Shown: in pieces, positions 53,760 through 64,000 of the stretch
Position numbering within the stretch: position 1 is the first letter of the stretch
Layout of the letters: each line of letters starts with the position of its first letter
NCBI GenBank assembly: GCA_951813565.1
Contig: OX638351.1
Coordinates: forward strand, 96,001 to 160,000
DNA from: an uncultured Poribacteria bacterium
GTDB lineage: Bacteria; Poribacteria; WGA-4E; WGA-3G
DNA: 64,000 bases
Direction: 5' to 3'
Position numbers and translations under genes: made by a program
The notes under the pieces: model-generated
The model's input: the letters and a program-made list of their open reading frames with translations, nothing else
What the model was told of the DNA's origin: nothing
Database searches by the model: none

Positions 53760-54262
53760 TAATTCGTAGGTCGGGTTTCGCTTGCGACACCCCATAGGTG
53801 TAAACTTAAGAAAAAAATGCTGGATTTTTTCTTGTGGGAGGGCTTTCTAAGCCCAATAGAATACTCGGACATTGTGGGAGGGCTTTCTAAGCCCGATAGA
53901 ATACTCAGACATTGTGGGAGGGAGACCTTGTCCGCCCGATTGAACGAGATTCAAGCAGAAAATCGGGGTTGAAAACCCCTCCCACAAGAGGATATATCTT
54001 TAAGTTTACACCTATGGGTGTCGCAAGCGAAACCCATAGGTGTAAACTTAAGGATTTTCCGAATATAAAAATGCTCTTCAGTCCCGACAAATGCCACACG
54101 CGCATTTGTCGGGACTAAATGTGCGACAGTCTCAATCATCATGCATATTGAGAAGGGTTCATAAAAACATAGATGTTTTCTTAAGTTTACACCCGCAGCA
54201 TGCCATACGCGCATGCTGCGTTGATTTATGGGTGTCGCAAGCGAAACCCGACCTACGAATTA
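53760..54262. repeat. Large nested REP/MITE structure
   Basis: Outer inverted REP pair; two CCCATAGGTGTAAACTTAA-ended MITEs (53791-54018, 54033-54232); 40-bp tandem 53832-53911; hairpin insert 54194-54227. Confidence 0.8.
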
Positions 54263-54514
54263 ATGTTACGAACGGCGCGCTTAAAAGCACGCCCACAGTT
54301 ATGGACAAGCGGAAGTTTATCAATAACGAATGTGCGTTTAGTGATGATTGTAAGAAGCACAATGAATTGCGGTTGGTGAATGTGCGTTTGACATTCACAT
54401 TAAACGCGGATATTCTTAGAATCCGAGAAATCAGTGTAATCCGAGATTCAGACAGTAATCGGGTTTACAAAACCCTCCTACAAGAGGGAAACCCTCCTAT
54501 AAGAAAGAATTACC

Positions 54515-55702
54515 TTATTCCAACGCCTTTTTAATCCGATCTAATCCACGATTTATCTCTGTCAAAGAGGTAGCGAAGGAGAGGCGTAAATGTTTATCCG
54601 CACCGAATCCGTTGCCCGGCACAACACCTACACCTGCTGAACCGAGCAGATAATCGGTTATATCCATTGACCCTTCAATTTTTTTACCATCAAGCGTTCT
54701 GCCATAGTGTTCAGAAAAATCGGGAAAGATATAGAACGCTCCTTGCGGTTTGACATAACTGACACCGTCAATCTCATCAAAACGTTGACAGATAACATCG
54801 CGGCGTTCTTCAAATGCCTGTCGCATCTTCTCTACAGCATCTTGCGGCTCACTGAGTGCGGCAACGGCGGCTTTCTGGGCAATGGAGGTCGGATTTGATG
54901 TGCTGTGTGACTGAATGCGGGACATCGCTGAAATCGCATCTTCGGGTCCTGCGGTATACCCAATACGCCATCCCGTCATGGAATACGCTTTTGATACGCC
55001 ATTGACGACAAAGGTAATTGCTTTTGTCTCCTCGTTGAATGAGGCAGGACTCTGATGTGTTGCCCCGTCATAGAGCAGTGCTTCATAGATTTCATCGGAG
55101 ATGAGGTAGACCTGATTTTCGACTGCGAGTGCTGCTATCTGCTTAAGTGTATCCACATCATAAGTGGTACCAGTCGGATTACTCGGACTGTTGATGAGAA
55201 TCGCTTTTGTTTTCGGTGTGATTGCTGCTTCCACCTGTTCGGGTTGCATGCAGAAGTTTTGTTCGGCTGTGGTCTCAATCACGCGTGGAACAGCACCAGC
55301 CAATTTGATTTGCTGTGGATAGCTCACCCAATAGGGCGCGGCGAAGATGACTTCATCGTCCGGGTCACAGATCGCTTGCATGATGTTATAGAGTGTGTGT
55401 TTTGCACCGCACGAAACAATGACTTGGGATGCTGCATAATCCAGTCCGTTGTCTTTTTTGAATTTGTCCACGATTGCCTCACGAAGTTCGGGAATACCGG
55501 GGACTGGGGTATATTTGGTGAAACCTGCATCAAGTGCAGTAATTGCGGCGGCTTTGATATAATCAGGTGTATCAAAATCGGGTTCGCCTGCCCCGAATTT
55601 GACGACATCTACGCCATCAGCGATCATCGCGTTGATTTTCGCTGTGATGGCTAAGGTGGATGATGGTGTTACGTTTTGACTCCGTTGTGATAGTGAAATC
55701 AT
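54515..55702 (-). CDS. Class I PLP-dependent aspartate aminotransferase
   Basis: GEPDF, NSPSNPTG, SDEIY, SKAYSMTGWRIG. Confidence 0.93.
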   Translation of the reverse strand: MISLSQRSQNVTPSSTLAITAKINAMIADGVDVVKFGAGEPDFDTPDYIKAAAITALDAGFTKYTPVPGIPELREAIVDKFKKDNGLDYAASQVIVSCGAKHTLYNIMQAICDPDDEVIFAAPYWVSYPQQIKLAGAVPRVIETTAEQNFCMQPEQVEAAITPKTKAILINSPSNPTGTTYDVDTLKQIAALAVENQVYLISDEIYEALLYDGATHQSPASFNEETKAITFVVNGVSKAYSMTGWRIGYTAGPEDAISAMSRIQSHSTSNPTSIAQKAAVAALSEPQDAVEKMRQAFEERRDVICQRFDEIDGVSYVKPQGAFYIFPDFSEHYGRTLDGKKIEGSMDITDYLLGSAGVGVVPGNGFGADKHLRLSFATSLTEINRGLDRIKKALE

Positions 55703-55872
55703 ACGTTCTCCTTACATTTTATTCAATATAACCAAGATTGGACAAGTTGAGTCTGTGATTTTCTACTATACTGCAAATCTTTCTTGCGATTGGAGGGTAT
55801 CCATATAAGCGAACAGACAGCTGCCATTACATATATCGGATATAGTTCCAATCCCGATAAGGTTCAATTCCC

Positions 55873-56085
55873 TTATGATGACAAGATATGCTTGAATTCA
55901 TCAAGGTTTGATACTCTAAGGGCCTGGTGGTGCAGCTGCTTAAGTTCTTGTAGTTCCTTGATATTCTCAAGCACAGGTTTTAGCGTTTGCACGTCGTTAG
56001 GTTGAAATCTCGCCTCTAACACATCAAGTAAGGCTTCAAGAAAACTCTTTCTTTCGAAATATTGGATAACAGATGATTCGTGCAT
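55873..56085 (-). CDS. Stand-alone copy of an Rpn-type C-terminal helical module (70 aa)
   Basis: MHESS...LDEFKHILSS is paralogous to the C-terminus of 56089-56517. Confidence 0.6.
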   Translation of the reverse strand: MHESSVIQYFERKSFLEALLDVLEARFQPNDVQTLKPVLENIKELQELKQLHHQALRVSNLDEFKHILSS

Positions 56086-56088
56086 GGT

Positions 56089-56517
56089 TCATCCGACCCC
56101 ATTTGATGACAAGATACGCTTGAATTCATCAAGGCTTGATACTTGAACTGCCTCACGCAACAGTTGCTTTAGTTCCTGCAGTTCTTCAATACTTTCAAGC
56201 TCAGGCTTTAGTAATTGCAGGTTACTATGTTGAAAGCGAATCTCTAACACATTAAGTATATCTTCAATGGTACTTTTCTTTTCACCGTGCTGTGTAAAAT
56301 ATTGAGCAAAAGATGATTCGTGCATGGTTTCCTCCGATATAATTCCACGAATGTCTTGAAAATCAAATATCATGTCAGACAAAATGACCATAGAGGCGAG
56401 ATAATCCGGCTTGTCTGCCTCGTCCATTGGGATAGTTTGCGCAACTTCAACACATTCCCGTAACCACTGATCAGAATCCGTATTTTCTGGAGGTTTCATC
56501 AGGTTCGGAAAGTTCAC
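56089..56517 (-). pseudogene. N-terminally truncated Rpn/YadD (transposase_31-like) family gene
   Basis: LMKPP...WLRECV...ISEETMHESS; no upstream nuclease domain; abuts the dnaJ stop. Confidence 0.55.
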
Positions 56518-56520
56518 TTT

Positions 56521-57384
56521 TCATAGTGTCTTCGCGAGTTGTTTCAATAAATCCTTCTGTTTGCGGGACAATGATTTGGGTATCTCCACAACAAGACGTA
56601 CTCGCAAATCACCGTTTCGCCCAGATGGGTCTACTATACCTTGCCCACGAAGGCGTAACTGCTGTCCAGGTTGTGCCCCTGATGGAATCTTGAGTTCCAC
56701 GTTTTCCGTTAGGGTTTGCACTCGAACAGTACCACCTAACGCTGCGGTTGTCATTGGCACTTTCACATCTGTCACCAGATCAAGTCCGTCACGTGTCAAG
56801 GTTGGATGCGGTTGTACTGATATTTTGACTAACAGGTCTCCTGATGTTCCCGCGCTGATAGATTCTCCATGTCCACGAACCCGCAGTGTTTGACCGTCTT
56901 TTATACCAGGCGGAATCTTAAGGGTAATATTTTTTTCTCGTACGCTGACCTCTTTCTGTACTCCAAGCACCGCATCAGCAAACGGAATGGCAAGGTTAAT
57001 GCGGAGATCACGTCCACGATAGTTGCGGGTTGTTCTGCGTTGCGGTCCAAACACATCGCCAAAAGCATCACCAAATCCACCGTAAGCTGTACGTCCAAAA
57101 ATATCGTTCAAGTTTAGGTTTGCGAAGATGTCATCCATATTGGTGTAACCCTCAAACCCCATACCGTGAACACCGGCATGCCCGCGCGTATCGTAGACTC
57201 GTCGCTTTTCAGGATCAGACAGCACCGAATAGGCATTAGATGCTTCTTTGAATTTCTCCTCAGCAGTTTTGTCACCAGGATTCTTGTCAGGGTGGTACTT
57301 GACTGCTAATTTGCGATATGCTTTTTTGATTTCTTCTGAAGAGGCGTTTCGGTTGACGCCAAGTATTTCGTAGTAGTCTCTCAT
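56521..57384 (-). CDS. DnaJ-family chaperone lacking the Zn finger (CbpA-like)
   Basis: [13 protein letters not shown] region, C-terminal domain; no CxxCxGxG. Confidence 0.92.
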   Translation of the reverse strand: MRDYYEILGVNRNASSEEIKKAYRKLAVKYHPDKNPGDKTAEEKFKEASNAYSVLSDPEKRRVYDTRGHAGVHGMGFEGYTNMDDIFANLNLNDIFGRTAYGGFGDAFGDVFGPQRRTTRNYRGRDLRINLAIPFADAVLGVQKEVSVREKNITLKIPPGIKDGQTLRVRGHGESISAGTSGDLLVKISVQPHPTLTRDGLDLVTDVKVPMTTAALGGTVRVQTLTENVELKIPSGAQPGQQLRLRGQGIVDPSGRNGDLRVRLVVEIPKSLSRKQKDLLKQLAKTL

Positions 57385-57445
57385 AGTTTCCCTAAGGCAT
57401 GATTATTATTTTGGGTGGTCTTGTTTACTATCTATGGATGTCATC

Positions 57446-58579
57446 CTACAATAATTCCACCAATTCATAAACAGTAGCGATGTTATGTCGTTCTTTTACA
57501 AGTGAACGACCAAATTCAAGTATAGTGGTTTCTACCCGCAATTTTCGTTGTCTATCCACAATACTTTCAATGTCCTTGACATGTGCTGCACCAACGATAC
57601 GTCGTAACATCTCCATTCCAGTAAACCCGACGGATTCGTGGAAGATAATTTGTAAGATGCGAAACTTCAGGGAGGGATCCATCTTAAATTCTTCTGTATA
57701 GGTCTCCCAAGTTTGAATAATGGCGGTAATTATTTCCGATTGTACTTTGGTATTGTCTATATGTGAATAATAGGATAACAAGTAATTTGCCCAAAATAGA
57801 CCCACATCAAATCCTACCGGACCGTAAAAAACGAACTCTGCATCTATTACCTTGGCAGATTTGTCACTGACCATTACACTACCAGTATGGAGATCTCCGT
57901 GTGTTAATCCGCGCTGTACGGAAAGAAAAATACGCTTTAGTTCATCTGCCTCTTGCAAAAATTGCCGGTCAGTTTTCAGTTGGTCTACAGCGACACCCAA
58001 CCCATCCGTATAGAAATTCGTTTCATGCTCGGTAAAAGGCAGTGTGAAAACGTAGTCCGCTGTGATCGATTGCATGAGAATGTTGGCAAAGTCTTTTCGG
58101 TACTTATCTACTGCAGAATTGTCAAGGTTATCAGCATAGGTTTTGCTATGTGCAATACCCATAAACCTTCCAATCTGTTCAGGAATTACCTGATTAACCT
58201 TTCCTGCTATGAGGTCATCTCGCAATAGGCGGTACCCGCGAAGATCCTCCATCACAATTACGGCTGCATCACTATCAAAATAGTAATGTGTTGGTACCGT
58301 CTCATTGGTAAATCGATTGTAGATCTCAAGTGCCCGGGATTCATACGTCAAACGTTCAGGCGACAACGGATAATCAGGCCCCAATATTTTAATATAGGGA
58401 GGTGCCTGCTTCAATACGAGTGAAAACTCCGGACGCGCCGCATCAAAAACCCGATAGACGAAGTTAAGATTTCCGTCCCCGATTTCCTCAGCATGCAGCT
58501 CCGTATCCACATCAAAGAAATATATCTCTGTTTGACGTTCGCGCAGATATTGAGGAATAGTCTCTCTATTTAGTTCCAT
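57446..58579 (-). CDS. mtnK: 5-methylthioribose kinase
   Basis: EIGDGNLNFV, KQA, HGDLHTGS, IDAEF, RRIVGAAH. Confidence 0.92.
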   Translation of the reverse strand: MELNRETIPQYLRERQTEIYFFDVDTELHAEEIGDGNLNFVYRVFDAARPEFSLVLKQAPPYIKILGPDYPLSPERLTYESRALEIYNRFTNETVPTHYYFDSDAAVIVMEDLRGYRLLRDDLIAGKVNQVIPEQIGRFMGIAHSKTYADNLDNSAVDKYRKDFANILMQSITADYVFTLPFTEHETNFYTDGLGVAVDQLKTDRQFLQEADELKRIFLSVQRGLTHGDLHTGSVMVSDKSAKVIDAEFVFYGPVGFDVGLFWANYLLSYYSHIDNTKVQSEIITAIIQTWETYTEEFKMDPSLKFRILQIIFHESVGFTGMEMLRRIVGAAHVKDIESIVDRQRKLRVETTILEFGRSLVKERHNIATVYELVELL

Positions 58580-58612
58580 CTTATGATAAAGCCAATAGCC
58601 AAGAAGCCTTAT

Positions 58613-59614
58613 CTATAGCAAGAGTTTTTCTGCAATCTGAATTGCATTCAACGCGGCACCTTTACGTAAATTGTCAGCAACAACCCATAGATTCAAGCCG
58701 TTTTGGATAGATGAATCTTCTCGGATGCGTCCGACGTAAACATCATCTTTTCCTGCAGCGTCTATAGCCATGGGGTACTTATAGTTATCCGGATCATCAA
58801 TTAGTTGCACACCGGGTGCGTCAGCGAGACACTCATGTGCTTGTGCTGGTGTAAGTTTTTCGTGTGTTTCAACGTTAATGGATTCAGAATGTGCGAAGAA
58901 AACAGGCACACGAACAGTTGTTGCTGAAACCCCGATAGAATCATCCGCAAGGATTTTATGAGTTTCGTTGACCATTTTCAGTTCCTCTTCGTTATCACCT
59001 GTGTCAGTAAAGGGCCAATCAAAAGCCACGTTAAAAGCCATTTGATGCGGGAATCGATCAAGCGTAATAGGTTTGCCTTCCAACGCCTCAGTTGTTTGTA
59101 GAATCAACTCGTTTACCGCTCGTCCACTTTTACCTGAAACGCTCTGGTATGTGGATACGACAATTCGTTTGATACCGACAGCATCGTAAATCGGTTTGAG
59201 CGCCACCATCATCTGGATAGTAGAGCAATTTGGATTTGCGATGATTCCATTATGCGCTAAAGCAGCATCCATATTGACTTCTGGAACGACTAATGGTGTA
59301 TCATCGTCCATACGAAAAGCACTTGTATTATCAACAACCAGAGCACCTTTTTCAACCGCAGTCGGTATGAATTCTCGGCTCACAGACGCGCCTGCCGATG
59401 AAAAAACAAGGTCTATATCTTCAAAAGAATCGTGCGTCAGTTCTTCAATGACGATGTGTGCGCCTTTGAAGGTCAAGATTTCGCCTGCCGACCTATGCGA
59501 AGCCAACAGTTTCAAACTACCAACAGGAAAAGAACGGTCTTCTAAAAGCTCCAACATAGTGTTGCCAACTGCCCCTGTTGCACCGACAATTGCAACACGA
59601 AAACTCTCATGCAT
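58613..59614 (-). CDS. asd: Aspartate-semialdehyde dehydrogenase
   Basis: GATGAVG, NPNCST, DNLRKGAALNA. Confidence 0.96.
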   Translation of the reverse strand: MHESFRVAIVGATGAVGNTMLELLEDRSFPVGSLKLLASHRSAGEILTFKGAHIVIEELTHDSFEDIDLVFSSAGASVSREFIPTAVEKGALVVDNTSAFRMDDDTPLVVPEVNMDAALAHNGIIANPNCSTIQMMVALKPIYDAVGIKRIVVSTYQSVSGKSGRAVNELILQTTEALEGKPITLDRFPHQMAFNVAFDWPFTDTGDNEEELKMVNETHKILADDSIGVSATTVRVPVFFAHSESINVETHEKLTPAQAHECLADAPGVQLIDDPDNYKYPMAIDAAGKDDVYVGRIREDSSIQNGLNLWVVADNLRKGAALNAIQIAEKLLL

Positions 59615-59823
59615 TTTTATCTACCTCAAAGTCAATCTTTTGTATTATGTTAACACAAATTTGAGACTTAAGCAACTTGTTTTGATGGACACTCTGTTAG
59701 AAGGCAATCAGTAAGTAACCATTTTTATAAAACAACGTTAATTGTAGGAGGTAAATAGGATTCCGAAAGTTTCTTAAGCGCGGAATCTTGGAAGTTAACG
59801 GTTTGAAAAAATTCAAGCGTACC

Positions 59824-59852
59824 TTGACAATGCTTGAATTATGTAGTATCAT
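59824..59852 (+). promoter_or_regulatory. Sigma70 promoter upstream of HU
   Basis: TTGACA-17 bp-TATCAT. Confidence 0.55.
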
Positions 59853-60043
59853 TATAAACAGAAACCATATTATGTTAATTTTTTCTTGACACTTTATATG
59901 TGTAAGTTTAATTACATTTTGATGTAGTTTCTATCAAATTACCTTCAGTCTGGTGCCAAACTCCTCATTTTTGCTATTTTCGAATCTTGGTGTGTGGGTT
60001 GGCTTGACTGAATAACATTAATTTATTATAAGGAAGTTAAATC

Positions 60044-60328
60044 ATGGCGAAGAAATTAATGAAAGACGACATCATCAATAGCGTCGCTAAAGAAACAGGC
60101 CTCACCAAAAAAGATGCAGGGGCTGCCGTTGAAGCGTTTACAAAAACTGTTCAAGACACCTTGAAGAAAGGCAATTCAATTGGGCTTATCGGTTTTGGAA
60201 CGTTTGAAGTCAGAACCCGCGCTGCCCGAGAAGGTCGCAACCCACAAACCGGCGAACCACTTAAGATTCCGAAGAAAAAGGTTCCTGCATTTAAAGCTGG
60301 TAAAAAACTTAGAGACGCTGTCTCCTAA
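60044..60328 (+). CDS. hup: DNA-binding protein HU
   Basis: IGFGTF, REGRNPQTG, PAFKAGK. Confidence 0.95.
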   Translation: MAKKLMKDDIINSVAKETGLTKKDAGAAVEAFTKTVQDTLKKGNSIGLIGFGTFEVRTRAAREGRNPQTGEPLKIPKKKVPAFKAGKKLRDAVS

Positions 60329-60346
60329 ACATAGAACTTGTTTAAG

Positions 60347-60399
60347 AAAAAAGCCGTTAGGTACACCTCGTTCCTGAGAGGTATTTCAACGGTTTTTTT
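60347..60399 (+). terminator. Probable terminator after hup
   Basis: AAAAAAGCCGTT...AACGGTTTTTTT stem. Confidence 0.55.
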
Positions 60400-60500
60400 C
60401 TTTTTATAGAAACTACCTCCCGACAATTCCATAATTTCTGTTCATTCATGGTAGGATGTCTCATAAACTTTACATTCTTCAAATTCTCCAGAAAATTAAT

Positions 60501-60700
60501 GGGTGTGTAAATATTTGGTTACATTGCAATGATTACGCGGCGTTTTCCACTGTAGGGCGGGGTCCCGGGGAATGCCATAAGGCATTCGGACCGTTGATTT
60601 GGTGCCCCGCCACTTCACAGGACGTGCCATGCAACGGGCAGGCACGGGGACCCGCCCCTACAATAGGAGTTGTGCGGATTTCTACAAAAACTTTACACCC
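60501..60700. mobile_element. IS256-like MITE with a REP pair and a 35-bp hairpin insert (60566-60600)
   Basis: GGGTGT...ACACCC ends; 9-bp TSD AAAATTAAT. Confidence 0.75.
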
Positions 60701-60836
60701 AAAATTAATTGGAAAATACTCCAATACTATGCTATTATAGATGGTATGTGACTCCATATTTCTGTAACTAAATGCTCAGCAGTATCTTGGAGTCAAGATA
60801 TGTGGATGGTAAAAAGTCAATTTCAGGAGAACTGTG

Positions 60837-61889
60837 ATGTTAATCAGAACAAGAGCACCTGTCCGCATTGATTTTGCTGGTGGTTGGAGTGATGTTGCCC
60901 TCTTCACAGAAGAATCTAAAGGACTTGTTGTCAACGGCGCGATCAATCGCTACGCTTACGCTACGCTTGTTTGTGAAAGTCAAACGAAATTCCCTGAATC
61001 CGTTGAACTTCAACGTGTCTTGGACAAAAGGATTCGTATCTATTCTGCCGATTTTGATACGTTTGTTGAGGCTGAAGATGTACGGCAACTTGAATATGAT
61101 GGTAATATTGACCTTGTTAAAGCTGCTGTCCGTCAGATGTCGATTCAGATCGGCAGTTTTGATCTGATCACGCAATCAAACGCTCCGCCTGGTAGTGGAC
61201 TTGGTACCTCAGCGGCTATGGGTGTAACGTTAATTGGTGTGCTCGGTGCGCTTAAGGATGTAACGTATCTTCCATACCAATATGCCGAACTGGCCAGCAG
61301 TATTGAACGTCATGAACTCGGTATCCTTGGTGGTAAGCAGGACCATTATGCAAGTGCTATCGGTGGTATCAGTTTTATGGAATTTCAAGGGGAAGAGGTA
61401 AAAACATCACCTTTAAAATTACCACCACATATTCGTTTTGAACTGGAGAAAAACCTTGTACTGTGCTATACAGGGCAATCCCGTCTCTCAGGCAATATCC
61501 ATCAGAACGTAACACAGGCATATAAAAGTGGCGAACCAAGTGTAAGGAAGGCTTTAGAAAATCTAAAAGCAATCGCAGAATCGACAAAAACTGCCCTAAT
61601 TCGTGGTCGTTTAACAGATTTCGGTGAACTCTTAACTGAAAATTGGAAAAATCAGAAAAAACTACACTCATCTGTGACGAATGAACAGATAGATAAACTT
61701 TTTAACATAGCAAAAGAACACGGGGCAATTGGAGGGAAAGCGTGCGGTGCTGGCGGTGGAGGTTGTCTACTCTTTTATTGTCAACCGACACAAGAACATA
61801 ACGTCCGACAGAAACTTGAAGAAGCAGGCACTCGGATTATTGACTTCAACTTTGATTCTGATGGCCTGCAAATATGGAGATCAGAATAG
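60837..61889 (+). CDS. GHMP-family sugar kinase (HddA / fucokinase-like)
   Basis: APVRIDFAGGWSD, PPGSGLGTS, GGKQD, GAGGGG. Confidence 0.88.
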   Translation: MLIRTRAPVRIDFAGGWSDVALFTEESKGLVVNGAINRYAYATLVCESQTKFPESVELQRVLDKRIRIYSADFDTFVEAEDVRQLEYDGNIDLVKAAVRQMSIQIGSFDLITQSNAPPGSGLGTSAAMGVTLIGVLGALKDVTYLPYQYAELASSIERHELGILGGKQDHYASAIGGISFMEFQGEEVKTSPLKLPPHIRFELEKNLVLCYTGQSRLSGNIHQNVTQAYKSGEPSVRKALENLKAIAESTKTALIRGRLTDFGELLTENWKNQKKLHSSVTNEQIDKLFNIAKEHGAIGGKACGAGGGGCLLFYCQPTQEHNVRQKLEEAGTRIIDFNFDSDGLQIWRSE

Positions 61890-62102
61890 TTAAACAGGAC
61901 TTACAAACTCCACTGCTGTCTGCTAATTATTCGGCACACTCCGTGTGCCGTTTTCTATTATCGTAAATTTGCAACTAACGGCATACGATCACTTAGAACG
62001 CTTACAAAACGCGCCCACCCAGTGGACGTTGAATATTTACATTTCAATAAACTAATCTCATAAACGGAAGGAAATCCCTAATATATTCTGGAAGGAAGAT
62101 TC

Positions 62103-63116
62103 ATGGAAACTACCCATCTTGAAACTGATTTGGAAGCCGCAGAGTTTTTAAAAACCGCCCGTTCAAACATTTTGACTGAACTAAAAAAGCGAATTGTTGG
62201 GCAAAGCGATGTCATTGATCAACTTCTCATCGCTCTTTTTTCACAAGGACATTGCCTACTCGTAGGGGTGCCGGGGTTAGCAAAGACGTTGCTTATCAGT
62301 ACCTTTGCTCAAATTCTTGAACTTCCTTTCAACCGTATTCAATTCACACCTGACCTGATGCCTTCGGATATTATTGGAACGGATATTATTGAAGAAGAGG
62401 TGAATACCGGTAAACGCGCATTCCGTTTTATCAAAGGACCGGTTTTTGCCAACATTGTGCTTGCAGATGAGATTAACCGAACGCCTCCGAAAACACAAGC
62501 GGCACTCTTACAAGCAATGCAAGAATACAAGGTGACGGCAGGAGGCAATACTTATGCATTGGAACTTCCATTTTTTGTGTTAGCCACCCAAAACCCAATT
62601 GAGCAGGAAGGCACCTACCCACTGCCTGAAGCACAACTTGACCGCTTTATGTTCAATATCTATATTGATTATCCGGAGAAATCTGAAGAAAAAGAAATTG
62701 TCATGACAACTACTTCTGCTTATGAACCTAACATAGAGTCGGTTATCACGGGTGAAGAGGTTCTCAGATTACAACAGATTGTCCGCAAGGTGCCGATTGC
62801 TGAGGCAATGGTAGATTATGCAGTTGAATTGAGTTTTAATACGCGCCCGAGTCATTCCGATGCGCCCGATTTTATTAGGGATTGGGTGAATTGGGGCGCA
62901 GGGCCGCGAGCATCGCAATATCTTGTGTTAGGGGCAAAGGCACGCGCGATTATGCACGGACGTTACCATGTCAGTTATGAGGACATCAGAGCAGTGGCAA
63001 AACCTGTTTTGCGGCACCGAATCTTGACCAATTTTAATGCTGAAGCAGATGGCATTACGAGTTTAGATATTATCTCGCAGTTATTGGAGAAGGTTGAACC
63101 GCCAGAGGCAAACTGA
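62103..63116 (+). CDS. MoxR-family AAA+ ATPase
   Basis: GVPGLAKT, RIQFTPDLMPSD, DEINR, ATQNPIEQEGTYPLPEAQLDRF. Confidence 0.95.
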   Translation: METTHLETDLEAAEFLKTARSNILTELKKRIVGQSDVIDQLLIALFSQGHCLLVGVPGLAKTLLISTFAQILELPFNRIQFTPDLMPSDIIGTDIIEEEVNTGKRAFRFIKGPVFANIVLADEINRTPPKTQAALLQAMQEYKVTAGGNTYALELPFFVLATQNPIEQEGTYPLPEAQLDRFMFNIYIDYPEKSEEKEIVMTTTSAYEPNIESVITGEEVLRLQQIVRKVPIAEAMVDYAVELSFNTRPSHSDAPDFIRDWVNWGAGPRASQYLVLGAKARAIMHGRYHVSYEDIRAVAKPVLRHRILTNFNAEADGITSLDIISQLLEKVEPPEAN

Positions 63117-63203
63117 TTTTTCGCCTCATATTTATACTGTAGACGCGGTTTTAAACCGCGCCTACCAGAGACCGCATATTTTCAGATTTACTATAATCGC
63201 ACA

Positions 63204-63344
63204 CTAGTGTTCTGTCTACACTAAAATTGCGATTCGTGTCAGTAGTCGGGAATCGGAGTTCCCTCCTACAAAGAGGGGTGTTCTGTAGGAGCGATCTCCG
63301 AATCGCGACCTTTACCCGCAAAATTTCGGTAGACACTCCACTAG
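63204..63344. mobile_element. CTAG-flanked MITE with a REP pair
   Basis: CTAGTGTTCTGTCTAC / GTAGACACTCCACTAG imperfect TIR. Confidence 0.6.
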
Positions 63345-63361
63345 TGGATGAGGCAGACAAA

Positions 63362-63839
63362 ATGGAAAAAAGAGAACATAATCAACACAGAACGGTATTA
63401 CCATCGGCTCAACAGATCCTTCTGACCGCTGAAGACCTCTGGAAGCAAGCTGATGATGGTTATCGGTATGAATTGGTGAAAGGAATAATACGTAGAATGC
63501 CTCTGACCGGATTTGAACATGGGATTCAAACGGTTAAAATTGGAGGATGTCTTAGCGAGCACGTTGAAAAACACAAATTAGGCTATATTTGTAGTGCTGG
63601 AACAGGATTTAAAATCGCTCAAAATTCCGATACCGTGCGTGCGCCAGATGCGGCGTTTGTTCGCCAAGCTGCAATTGATGAAAGAGGCATTCCGAAAGGT
63701 TATTGGGAAGGTGCCCCCGATCTTGCCGTTGAAGTTATTTCTCCGAGCGACACCTATACTGAGGTCGACGAAAAAGTGGATGAATGGAAGGGATGTTATT
63801 GAGGGGTTTCGATGTCGGGTGCGGGATTTGTTTGTGTGA
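63362..63839 (+). pseudogene. Uma2-family endonuclease with internal deletion and frameshift
   Basis: YELVKG, RAPDAAFV, APDLAVEVISPSD; true C-terminus DVIEGFRCRVRDLF is in another frame directly after EW. Confidence 0.75.
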
Positions 63840-63902
63840 AACGCAATTAAGGAGCATTGTATCTTACCTAAGCATACGCTCGTCATAGTTATAAAGAGAT
63901 TC

Positions 63903-64000
63903 TTGACATACTCCCCAAGCTAAAGCATGGGGATTCTTCTATCATCAGAGACTGCCTGCCGAGGCAGGTGTTACGTCTCCTCCTGAAAAGGTTGACGCCC
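63903..64000 (-). mobile_element. Right end / omegaRNA 3' region of a second IS200/IS605 tnpB element, extending beyond the window
   Basis: Reverse complement reads GGGCGTCAACC...GAATCCCCATGCTTTAGCTTGGGGAGTATGTCAA, a typical tnpB right end. Confidence 0.7.

Noticed and set aside
53832..53925. 40-bp periodic repeats resembling a CRISPR array
   Set aside because: The intervening sequences are near-identical (no unique spacers), there are only about 2.3 units, they are REP-derived and no cas genes are present

Overview
Bacterial genomic window, most likely Candidatus Poribacteria. This is inferred from the LamG proteins with an AVEPxxKLxTTWGxIK C-terminal tail, PhyH dioxygenases, a sulfatase and a DUF6785-like transporter. 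The core (13.9-33.5 kb, minus strand) is the str-S10-spc-alpha ribosomal superoperon from rpsL to rplQ; rpmD, adk and map are absent and infA lies elsewhere in the window. It is flanked by housekeeping genes (dut, thyA, folA, nagA, asd, mtnK, an aminotransferase, dnaJ-like, HU, MoxR, tRNA-Arg(CCG)), secreted and lipoprotein genes, a frameshifted IS1595, a tnpB-only IS200/IS605 element and the end of a second one. Four observations stand out. (1) A family of tiny 33-35 bp covarying hairpin units (CG-stem-ATGC-loop-GCAT-stem-CG-TTGATT) is inserted without target duplication into REP hairpins, into MITEs and into each other. (2) At least six MITE families each carry REPs, and one of them inserts into REP arms with 14-15 bp duplications. 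(3) S12, S5 and IF1 carry natural substitutions at normally conserved decoding-centre and antibiotic-contact residues. (4) A secreted protein has tandem defensin-like Cys modules, and an Rpn fragment sits next to a duplicated small C-terminal module. All calls are by eye; no database searches were run.
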